From the NCBI GenBank assembly GCA_944358695.1, contig CALVRM010000012.1:11471-75470 (forward strand): 64,000 nucleotides of DNA, written 5' to 3'. Below, one piece after another: positions 1 to 7,650 of this stretch. The stretch is from an uncultured Bacilli bacterium. Lineage in GTDB: Bacteria; Bacillota_I; Bacilli_A; RF39; UBA660. Positions within the stretch are counted from its first letter, which is position 1. Each line of letters opens with the position of its first letter. Made by a program: the position numbers and the translations under genes. The notes below the pieces were generated by a model. It was not told the DNA's origin. It did not search any database and saw only the letters and a list, made by a program, of their open reading frames with translations.

Positions 1-1166
1 CCCTTCAAATGTCAATCGCCGGTATTCGTAGTTTGTCAATGCTAGAAACTCCGCCAGTTGATCGTTATCCAATTCAAACTTACGTTCTTGCGGAAAATAA
101 TCAGATAATTAAAGAAGCTATATATAAGGAACTTGCAAGAAAAGGACAAACATTTATTTTATTTAATCAAATTAAAAACATGAATACAAAATTAAGTCAA
201 TTACAAGCCTTAGTTCCTGAAGCAAAAATCGAAATAGCCCATGGTCAAATGACAAAAAATGAGTTAGAAGATGTTATGGTTAGATTCAATAATCGTGAAT
301 TTGATGTTTTACTCTGTACAACAATAATTGAAACCGGCATTGATATTCCAAGCGCTAATACTTTAATTATTATCGATGCTGATCGCTTTGGCTTATCACA
401 ACTATATCAAATTAGAGGGCGTATCGGCCGTAGTAATAAAATAGCATATTGTTATTTAATGTATGACAATAAAAAAATATTATCAGAAATTGCTGTTAAA
501 CGGTTAAAGGTTATTAAAGATTTCACTGAATTAGGTAGTGGGTTTGCTATTGCTATGCGAGATTTATCAATAAGAGGCGCTGGTGATATTCTAGGTAGTC
601 AGCAAGCCGGTTTTATTGATAGTATTGGTATTGAACTTTTTTTAGAAATGCTAAATGAAGCAGTTCAAAAACTTCAAGGAAAAGAAATAATTAAAGAAGA
701 AGATAGTAGTAGTAACCCACTTATAGAGGTAAAGACAGCGATAGATGATAATTATGTATCCGAAGAAGAATTAAAAATAGAAATTCATAAAAAAATTAAT
801 AGCATAAATTCATATAATAGATTAAATGAAGTTAAAAATGAATTAGAGGATCGTTTTGGTAAAGTGTCGGAAGATTTAATAATTTATATGCATGAAGAAT
901 GGTTTGAAAAATTAGCTACTAAGCTTGGTATAAAACAAATAAGGCAAACCAAAAACTTTATTGAAATTACTTTAAATAAAGAGTTAACTAAAAAAGTAGA
1001 TGGTGAAAATTTGTTCTATGAAGCCAGTAATTTAAGCCGCATGTTTAGATTTAGTATGAAATTTGAACGATTAATAATCACTTTAGATACTATTAAATTA
1101 GATAAACATTTTATTTATTATTTAATCGATTTAATGAAAATATTAGAAAATAGTATTAAAAAGTGA
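1..1166 (+). CDS. mfd: Transcription-repair coupling factor Mfd, C-terminal part (5' end outside window)
   Basis: ORF is open to the window edge. Helicase C-terminal motifs (TTIIETGIDIP, QLYQIRGRIGR) are followed by a TRCF-like C-terminal domain. spoVT lies downstream as in Bacillus. Confidence 0.9.
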   Translation, partial: LQMSIAGIRSLSMLETPPVDRYPIQTYVLAENNQIIKEAIYKELARKGQTFILFNQIKNMNTKLSQLQALVPEAKIEIAHGQMTKNELEDVMVRFNNREFDVLLCTTIIETGIDIPSANTLIIIDADRFGLSQLYQIRGRIGRSNKIAYCYLMYDNKKILSEIAVKRLKVIKDFTELGSGFAIAMRDLSIRGAGDILGSQQAGFIDSIGIELFLEMLNEAVQKLQGKEIIKEEDSSSNPLIEVKTAIDDNYVSEEELKIEIHKKINSINSYNRLNEVKNELEDRFGKVSEDLIIYMHEEWFEKLATKLGIKQIRQTKNFIEITLNKELTKKVDGENLFYEASNLSRMFRFSMKFERLIITLDTIKLDKHFIYYLIDLMKILENSIKK

Positions 1167-1243
1167 GTTAATAAAATAAAAATATTACAACTTGACATAA
1201 GTAAAAAAAAGTAATAATATATCCGAACTAGAAAGGAGCAAAA

Positions 1244-1759
1244 ATGGACATAAAAATATTTAATAAATTTACAGAGTGCCAAAACCCCAATGTTGTAAAG
1301 GAAGATACTTCAAAACCCCAAATGGTCAAAGGATTATTTATGTCTGGTCTTTTAGCACTAGCCATCGGAAGTTTTATTCCCGAAGAACCGACTACTTATT
1401 GGTTTAATGGCCCAGATATGGCTGATGCTGTTTTGGAAGATAACACTTATAATATTACTTTTGAAGATGGAACGTCAGCCACGGTTACTAAAGAAACATT
1501 AGCTAATGAAGATTTTAGCTATTTCGGATATAATTCTTATCCAATAAATGGTCATCAATGTTCCGTAACACCAAGACAAGAAATTGGAATTAAAGATTTA
1601 ACATTTTGCTCAGCAGTCACTTTATTAATGGGTGGTGTTGGAACGGCGCTTTCTTTATTCAACGACAAAAGAAAAAATAATATAAATCAGAAAAAACAAG
1701 AAGAACAAACGAAAAGAAGAAAATATGCAAGGCAAAGAGCAGCTAATATAATAAAATAA
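1244..1759 (+). CDS. Hypothetical membrane protein with basic C-terminal tail
   Basis: 171-aa ORF with SD AGGAGC 7 nt upstream. Two hydrophobic segments and a K/R-rich tail. TTGACA-17-TAATAT promoter-like sequence upstream. No recognisable family. Confidence 0.5.
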   Translation: MDIKIFNKFTECQNPNVVKEDTSKPQMVKGLFMSGLLALAIGSFIPEEPTTYWFNGPDMADAVLEDNTYNITFEDGTSATVTKETLANEDFSYFGYNSYPINGHQCSVTPRQEIGIKDLTFCSAVTLLMGGVGTALSLFNDKRKNNINQKKQEEQTKRRKYARQRAANIIK

Positions 1760-1783
1760 CTGAGAACTAAATCCCAGTTATTT

Positions 1784-3406
1784 TTATTTATTATCTAAAT
1801 AATTCATTATCTTTGGAACCATCTGTTTTTTGCGTGATACTAAACCATCAAAGAAATGTCCTTCTTCAATATTTTCAATACCAAAAGAATCACTAAAAAT
1901 ATGTTTACTATTTTCATTAAATAAAATATAAGAACCATTATTTAAGATATCAGTTACAAATAAAGCTACTGCTGTATAATCTTCATTTTTAGCCATATCA
2001 TTTAACGTATCGATAAACTCTTGTTTCTTATTCATAATTTCTTCAGTACTCATTGTTGAAACCTGTCCAATTCCTAGTTTTTGGTTATCAATAGTAAAGT
2101 TTTTAAAGTCACCATGGATAACATCACTTATACTCATGCCTTCAATTGAAGAACCAGCTTTAAACATTTTCATCCCGTATTCTTCATATTCAATTTCAGC
2201 AATTTTCGCAAGTGCTTCTAAAGCTTGTTTGTCAATTTCGGTTGTTGTTGGCGAAGTTAATAATAAAGTATCAGAAATAATTCCTGACATCATTAAACCA
2301 GCAATATTTTTAGGAATATCAACATTGTTTTCTTTATACATTAAATAAAGAATAGTTTCGGTACATCCAAGAGGCATATTTCTAAAATTAATGGGTGTAG
2401 ATGTTCCAATATTGCCAATTTTATGATGGTCAACAACTTCTACAATTTCTGCTTCATCTAAACCAATAACGCTTTGTTCTCTTTCATTATGATCGACTAA
2501 AATAACTTTTTTAGGATGTTTATTATCGGAAATATTAGCTCTAAATATTCCCAAGCATTTCCCTTCGTTATTTAAAACCGGGTAATTACTAAACTTTTTC
2601 TTATTAGCTAATTCTAAAACATCATATAAAGAGTCATTTTCATTAACTGTAATAATCTCATTACTTTGAATTTTATCTTTTATATAATTACTTAAAACGA
2701 CTAAATTTGCCGTAGTAATACCGTCAAAATCAGTACTAATAACATCGACGTGATTTTTCTTTGCAATCTCTAAGTGCTCTGGCTTCATTTCAATACCATT
2801 AGTTAAAATAATAATTGAGGCAGAATTATTAACCGCATATTCGATAATGCTGTGACGGTCACCAACAATTAAAACACTATCTTTATCAATTTTAATAAGC
2901 TCTTTAAATGTTGTACTTCTGTAAGAAGGGACAATAATATTTCCCGTAATTTCTTTATCAAAACGTAAAATTTCTTTGGCTTTTAAAGCTTCTAGTAAAT
3001 TATCGTAAGATGTATTAATATATTCTAATTTTCCAGAAATTAAGTTTCCAGCTACATCTTTCATTGAAACTGCACCTAAATATTTTCCGTCTTTAGAAAC
3101 AACCGGAATAGTTCCAATTTTAGTTTCATTCATGTAGTTATAGCCTTTATAGATTGAATCATTTTCCTGTAAGAAACAGTCAGTTACATAATCGACATCT
3201 TTAATTTCTAATCTAACATCGTTTAAATATTTTGGTACTTCAAAGTTAAAATAGTCTAGTACAAATTTAGTTTCTTTATTGATACTGCCTAAAACTCGTG
3301 GTTCTGTATTTTCTCCTAATTGATTTTTTAAATAAGACAAAACAATCGCCGAAGTTACACTATCAGTATCTGGCTTTTGATGTCCAAATATTAAAGTTTT
3401 TTCCAT
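1784..3406 (-). CDS. ppaC: CBS-domain-containing family II (Mn-dependent) inorganic pyrophosphatase
   Basis: N-terminal FGHQKPDTDSV DHH motif, later VDHHK, and C-terminal DHHA2 region. An inserted CBS pair makes it 540 aa. SD GGAGGA upstream. Confidence 0.85.
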   Translation of the reverse strand: MEKTLIFGHQKPDTDSVTSAIVLSYLKNQLGENTEPRVLGSINKETKFVLDYFNFEVPKYLNDVRLEIKDVDYVTDCFLQENDSIYKGYNYMNETKIGTIPVVSKDGKYLGAVSMKDVAGNLISGKLEYINTSYDNLLEALKAKEILRFDKEITGNIIVPSYRSTTFKELIKIDKDSVLIVGDRHSIIEYAVNNSASIIILTNGIEMKPEHLEIAKKNHVDVISTDFDGITTANLVVLSNYIKDKIQSNEIITVNENDSLYDVLELANKKKFSNYPVLNNEGKCLGIFRANISDNKHPKKVILVDHNEREQSVIGLDEAEIVEVVDHHKIGNIGTSTPINFRNMPLGCTETILYLMYKENNVDIPKNIAGLMMSGIISDTLLLTSPTTTEIDKQALEALAKIAEIEYEEYGMKMFKAGSSIEGMSISDVIHGDFKNFTIDNQKLGIGQVSTMSTEEIMNKKQEFIDTLNDMAKNEDYTAVALFVTDILNNGSYILFNENSKHIFSDSFGIENIEEGHFFDGLVSRKKQMVPKIMNYLDNK

Positions 3407-3446
3407 AAGATCCTCCTTTAAAAAATAAACATTTACATTATAACAT

Positions 3447-3484
3447 GTTTATTACTAAAATAAAAGAAACATTATTTGTTTTCC
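3447..3484 (+). repeat. Left copy of a 37-38-bp direct repeat flanking the repeat-protein cassette
   Basis: GTTTATTACTAAAATAAAAGAAACATTATTTGTTTTCC matches 4590-4626 with 2 substitutions and 1 indel. Confidence 0.85.
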
Positions 3485-3509
3485 AGCCTGTTGTCAAGCG
3501 TGAGTGAAG

Positions 3510-3537
3510 TTGACAAAAAAAATATAAGTGTTAGAAT
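3510..3537 (+). promoter_or_regulatory. Sigma-A-type promoter of repeat-protein gene copy 1
   Basis: TTGACA (3510-3515), 16-nt spacer starting with an A8 run, then extended -10 TGtTAGAAT. The same architecture occurs at 45042-45069. Confidence 0.55.
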
Positions 3538-3565
3538 AAGCTTAATTTCCAAAGGAGAGGGTATA

Positions 3566-4447
3566 GTGGTAGTGCTAAATAAAAAAAAGATAGAAAAAAT
3601 TAGAGAAGTTTTAAAAGAAGAATTGCAAAAAGTTCCAGAATTTGATGTGGAAAGAGCTTACGATGAAAGTTATAGATACAAGCGAATTAAATTAAGCACG
3701 GGCATATTAGAAAAAGTAATTTTTGGTGAAAAGAAAGATTTATTTGGTTACAATCGACTATGCTTAATATTCCCTGTAAGTGAATTAAGAAAACTAGATT
3801 TATCAGAAATAGATTTTGCTGGTATTTATATAAGCTTCGCTAATTTAAGCTATACAAATGCCAATATAGACCCACAAAAAGTCTGTGATAAAAGTTTATG
3901 GGGAACAAACTTGACTGGTTTAGATTTAAAAGGAAAAGATTTTACTGATGTTCATATAGAAGAAGCAGATTTAAGTAATACAGGTGTCAATATAGATCCG
4001 CAAACAGTTCGTGGCAAAAGTTTATGGAGAACAAACTTAACTGGCTTAGATTTAAGCGGTAAAGACTTTACTGATGTTGATATAAGCTTCGCTAATTTAA
4101 GCTATACAAATGCCAATATAGACCCACAAAAAGTCTGTGATAAAAGTTTATGGGGAACAAACTTGACTGGTTTAGATTTAAAAGGAAAAGATTTTACTGA
4201 TGTTTATATAGAAGAAGCGGATTTAAGTAATACCGGAGCCGATATAGATCCGCAAACAGTTTTTGGCAAAAATTTGCTGGGAACCAACTTAACTGGTTTA
4301 GATTTAAGAGGAAAAGATTTTACTGATGTTATTATATGCGGTGCTAATTTAAGTAATACAGGAATCAGAACCGAAGAAGAGGTGGTTGATGAATTTATCA
4401 GTACCGTCAAAGAATTGGTAAAATCAAAAAATACCAAAGCGAAATAA
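3566..4447 (+). CDS. Pentapeptide-like repeat protein, paralog 1 (4 full 42-aa units)
   Basis: GTG start 5 nt after SD AAAGGAGAGG; the ORF-track TTG at 3476 lies upstream of the promoter. A(D/N)LS(N/Y)T..IDPQ.V..K.L.GTNL(T/S)GLDL.GKDFT.V units. Paralog at 45101-46108. Confidence 0.8.
   Translation: MVVLNKKKIEKIREVLKEELQKVPEFDVERAYDESYRYKRIKLSTGILEKVIFGEKKDLFGYNRLCLIFPVSELRKLDLSEIDFAGIYISFANLSYTNANIDPQKVCDKSLWGTNLTGLDLKGKDFTDVHIEEADLSNTGVNIDPQTVRGKSLWRTNLTGLDLSGKDFTDVDISFANLSYTNANIDPQKVCDKSLWGTNLTGLDLKGKDFTDVYIEEADLSNTGADIDPQTVFGKNLLGTNLTGLDLRGKDFTDVIICGANLSNTGIRTEEEVVDEFISTVKELVKSKNTKAK
3839..4363 (+). repeat. In-frame tandem array of 126-nt (42-codon) units, 4 full plus 1 partial
   Basis: Units start at 3839, 3965, 4091, 4217 and 4343. 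A stretch of about 120 nt at 3829-3952 recurs almost exactly at 4081-4204 (252-nt super-period). Confidence 0.9.
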
Positions 4448-4589
4448 TTAGTATAATTACAGTAAGAAGAATAAATAGTCAAGATGATTAATTATTCTTT
4501 TTTTATTTCTTTTTTGCGGCAAAAATCCTTTTGTGATTTTCTGATATTTTTACCTAAAAATTTATTATTGACAAATCTTAGAATGTCAC

Positions 4590-4626
4590 GTTTATTACCA
4601 AAATAAAAGAAACACTATTTGTTTCC
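4590..4626 (+). repeat. Right copy of the direct repeat; overlaps the 3' end of the minus-strand gene 4615-5307
   Basis: GTTTATTACCAAAATAAAAGAAACACTATTTGTTTCC; see 3447-3484. Confidence 0.85.
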
Positions 4627-5307
4627 ATAATAAATTATCGCAAAAATCCATAAAATAAGTAGACAAATAACTAAAGTGAAAGAAAAACCGATTATAAAAA
4701 GGCCAAAATTAGTATTCTTTCTTTTTCTTCTAGAAATTTTCTTTTTCGCTTCAGGACGAATGATAAATTGTTCATAGTTAAAATTACCTACTAGATCACT
4801 CCATACCAAAATTTCAGTTCCCGCTTGACTCTGTTTTATATTATCGGTGATATTTAGATTGTCAAGTGGTTTTATTTCTTTCAAAGTATATTTTTCATAA
4901 TCTTTATCTTCATCATCTTTGCTTTCTAAAACGTTAACTAAATTTACTGCGGCAAATGTTGTTAAGTTATTATAATTTTCGAAAGTATATTGGCCTTGAA
5001 TTTCTTTTAACACAGTTTCATAATAATACCATTTTAATCCACTGTGAAAGGCTAAAAACCAATGAAAATTTTGAATTTCTTTTTTATTTCCTATATTTTT
5101 TTCTTTTTCTATATAAAGGCGGATAACTTCAAATCCCAATGCTTCTAAAAAAGGTGCCATAAATTCCATAGTTTCATTACTGTTATTTAAATTATAGTTT
5201 GTATTATCAAGTATTGCTTCATTATTATTAATTAAAAATTCATATAAACCATTTTGTGAATTAATTCCTATTTCAGCATACTTTTGTAAAACAATTTCCT
5301 TTTCCAT
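4615..5307 (-). CDS. Hypothetical protein with C-terminal transmembrane anchor
   Basis: Start taken at MEKEIV (SD AAAGAGG 7 nt upstream) rather than the ORF-track start at 5355. K/R patch then a hydrophobic C-terminus. No recognised family. Confidence 0.55.
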   Translation of the reverse strand: MEKEIVLQKYAEIGINSQNGLYEFLINNNEAILDNTNYNLNNSNETMEFMAPFLEALGFEVIRLYIEKEKNIGNKKEIQNFHWFLAFHSGLKWYYYETVLKEIQGQYTFENYNNLTTFAAVNLVNVLESKDDEDKDYEKYTLKEIKPLDNLNITDNIKQSQAGTEILVWSDLVGNFNYEQFIIRPEAKKKISRRKRKNTNFGLFIIGFSFTLVICLLILWIFAIIYYGNK

Positions 5308-5424
5308 ACGAAAACCTCTTTTTATTACTTTTTTTAATAATAACATAATCTTCAAAAAAAGGCAAAATATAATAGTATAATTTTACCATTTAATCACACA
5401 ATATTTTTAGAAAGAAGGTAATCT

Positions 5425-5958
5425 ATGAAAGCAACAGGAGTTGTAAGAAGAATCGACGATTTGGGCAGAATTGTTATTCCAAAAGAAATAAGAAAAAATC
5501 TAAGAATTAAAAATGGAGAAAATCTAGAGATATTTATTGACGGAAGCGATAATATTATTTTAAAAAAATATAGCCAACTTGATAAATTAAAAGATGTTGC
5601 TGAAGAAGTAGCTGAATCTATTTATTCTATCACTAAAAAAAATGTTTTAATTACTAATACTGATGCATTTCTTTCAATTAGTGGATCCCTAAAGAAAGAT
5701 TATTTGAAGCAACCATTATCGGAAAAAATTATTAAAATAATGCAAGATCGTAAAGAAATATTTCAGCCAGAGATAACTGATGTTGAAATAGCAGACGGTA
5801 AAATAGAAAAGGCTAGTTATATATTTTCACCGATAATCGCTGGCGGTGATGTTGTAGGAGCAATTATGATGTTATCACAAAAAGGAGAAGTAACTGAAAG
5901 TGATTTAGAGGCCACAAAAATTGTCGCCAACTTTCTTGCTAAGCATATTGAAGGGTAA
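5425..5958 (+). CDS. spoVT: Stage V sporulation protein T (AbrB/SpoVT-type regulator with GAF-like C-domain)
   Basis: MKATGVVRRIDDLGRIVIPKEIRKNLRI is the canonical SpoVT/AbrB swapped-hairpin N-terminus. 177 aa. mfd-spoVT synteny. Confidence 0.9.
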   Translation: MKATGVVRRIDDLGRIVIPKEIRKNLRIKNGENLEIFIDGSDNIILKKYSQLDKLKDVAEEVAESIYSITKKNVLITNTDAFLSISGSLKKDYLKQPLSEKIIKIMQDRKEIFQPEITDVEIADGKIEKASYIFSPIIAGGDVVGAIMMLSQKGEVTESDLEATKIVANFLAKHIEG

Positions 5959-6197
5959 AAAAAAATATGCTATAATGAACAAAGAAAAGCGACGAAAGAG
6001 AGAAAAATAGGTGACTATATAGAGAGTTTATGGTTGGTGGAAATAGACAAGGTGACTATTGGAAATGGCTCTGGAGCTTTCTAATCGATATTTAGATTAG
6101 AACGATAGCGTGCGTTAAACGTTTGAGGTAAGTGTTTACTTACGAATTAAGGTGGTACCACGTTGAATCACGTCCTTATATTAAGGATGTTTTTTTG
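5948..6197 (+). promoter_or_regulatory. Promoter plus T-box leader (Met specifier) with terminator/antiterminator
   Basis: TTGAAG-17-TGcTATAAT (5948-5976). AGAGAG (6021-6026) and GGUUGGUGGAAA (6032-6043) are stem I elements. GAA-AUG-G specifier context (AUG 6065-6067). T-box AAUUAAGGUGGUACCACG (6145-6162). 9-bp terminator 6170-6190 plus a U-run. Confidence 0.85.
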
Positions 6198-6212
6198 TTA
6201 AGGAGTGATCAA

Positions 6213-6707
6213 ATGCGTAAGTTTGAAAAAATTAGTTTAGAAGAATTCATTAAAAGCACCGGCTTAACGGAACAAGAATATGATAAATATAGTATTCCAA
6301 AAAGAAGCACTAAGCATAGTGCTGGCTATGATTTTAGTTTATTATTTGATTTGGATTTAATACCCGGCGAAATAAAAAAGATTCCCACCGGTATTAAAGT
6401 AAGTATGGGAACGGATGAAGTTTTAATGGTCTTTATTAGAAGTAGTCTTGGCTTTAAATATAATATTCGAATGTGCAATCAAGTTGGTATTATTGATAGC
6501 GATTATTATAATAATGAAGATAATGAAGGACATATCTTTGTTAAAATTCAAAATGAAGGAACAGAAAAGGTCCATTTTAACAAGGGCGAGAATTTTGTTC
6601 AAGGCATTTTTACCAAATTTTTGATAACTAGCGATGAAACTGAAATAAAAACTGAAAGAACTGGTGGCTTTGGCAGTACTAATAAGGAGGGAAAAAATGG
6701 AAGATAA
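6213..6707 (+). CDS. dut: dUTP diphosphatase (trimeric dUTPase family)
   Basis: Start MRKFEK after SD AAGGAGTG; the ORF-track start at 6132 lies inside the T-box leader. Motifs SAGYDF, GIIDSDY and C-terminal RTGGFGST. Confidence 0.85.
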   Translation: MRKFEKISLEEFIKSTGLTEQEYDKYSIPKRSTKHSAGYDFSLLFDLDLIPGEIKKIPTGIKVSMGTDEVLMVFIRSSLGFKYNIRMCNQVGIIDSDYYNNEDNEGHIFVKIQNEGTEKVHFNKGENFVQGIFTKFLITSDETEIKTERTGGFGSTNKEGKNGR

Positions 6708-7650
6708 GAAATTACTTATAATTACTCATGTCGCTGATCCTGATGGGATCACACCTTTAATTTTAGCCAAACTAGTTTATAAGGATTTTGATAGCTTATT
6801 ATTAAATCCAAAAGAAGTCGATAAAAACTTAAAAGAAAACCTTGATAAATATGAAGAGATTCATGTTATTGATCTATCGATGTCTGAAGAATTGGCCCAA
6901 GAGATTAATAATCATAATGAGTGGAAGAAGAAAATTAAGCTTTTTGATCATCATAAAAGTGCCCTTCCATTAAATAAATATGAATTTTCAACGGTCGTTG
7001 ATGAAACTGAAAGTCAAAAAGAAAGTGCAACAAGTATTTATTATAATTATTTAAAAAGTATTTCAGATAATCAAATTCTTCATAAAAAAGTAACAAATGG
7101 TTTAGTAAATCAAGTACGTATTATTGATACATATGATTTTAAAGATGAAGAAGATAAAATTGCGCATAACCTTGATGCTTTGTTTAGTATTTTAGGCCGA
7201 AATAACTATATTGAGTATTTTTCAAAATTTTTAGAAACTAATAAAGAATTTAAATATAATGAACAAGAACTTTTTTTAATAAAATTAGAACAAGACAAAA
7301 TGAATAATTATCTTGAAAGAAGAGAAAAGGAAATAATAAAAGCTAAACTAGATGGTTACCAAGTAGGAATTGTTTACGCTGAAAGATATCGTAGCGATTT
7401 GGGAAACTATTTAGCCAGCAAGAACCCTGATTTAGATTTTATTATTATAATTAATGTTTCACAAAGCATTAGTTATCGAAGTGACAATAAAGTAGATCTT
7501 TCTGTATTTTCAGCCAAATATGGTGGTGGTGGTCACAAAAATGCTTCAGGAAGTCCACTGCCAGACAATCTATTAAAAAATATAACTAAATTAATTTTCA
7601 ATGATATTGAATTTTTTGAAGAATCAAAGGAGGAAGAAAAACATGAATAA
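6697..7650 (+). CDS. DHH/DHHA1 family phosphoesterase (NrnA-like)
   Basis: Start MEDKKLL after SD AAGGAGGG, overlapping the dut end by 11 nt. Motifs THVADPDG, FDHHKS and GGGGHKNASG (DHHA1). Confidence 0.8.
   Translation: MEDKKLLIITHVADPDGITPLILAKLVYKDFDSLLLNPKEVDKNLKENLDKYEEIHVIDLSMSEELAQEINNHNEWKKKIKLFDHHKSALPLNKYEFSTVVDETESQKESATSIYYNYLKSISDNQILHKKVTNGLVNQVRIIDTYDFKDEEDKIAHNLDALFSILGRNNYIEYFSKFLETNKEFKYNEQELFLIKLEQDKMNNYLERREKEIIKAKLDGYQVGIVYAERYRSDLGNYLASKNPDLDFIIIINVSQSISYRSDNKVDLSVFSAKYGGGGHKNASGSPLPDNLLKNITKLIFNDIEFFEESKEEEKHE

Noticed and set aside
3476-3565. ORF-track N-terminal extensions (3476, 45002, 6132, 6664, 7601, 18035, 27719, 29404, 30601, 35471, 39758, 43161 and others)
   Set aside because: These are maximal-ORF artefacts. 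The extensions run through promoters, leaders (the T-box) or upstream genes, and conserved protein N-termini with good SD spacing begin at internal starts. The hydrophobic MLLGVLLVTVVGVL at 45002 comes from a TGTTG-rich low-complexity tract and is not conserved in paralog 1.
3839-4363. Regular 126-nt repeats as a possible CRISPR array or satellite
   Set aside because: There is no repeat-spacer alternation. The units are contiguous, in frame and conserved at the protein level, so they are coding tandem repeats.
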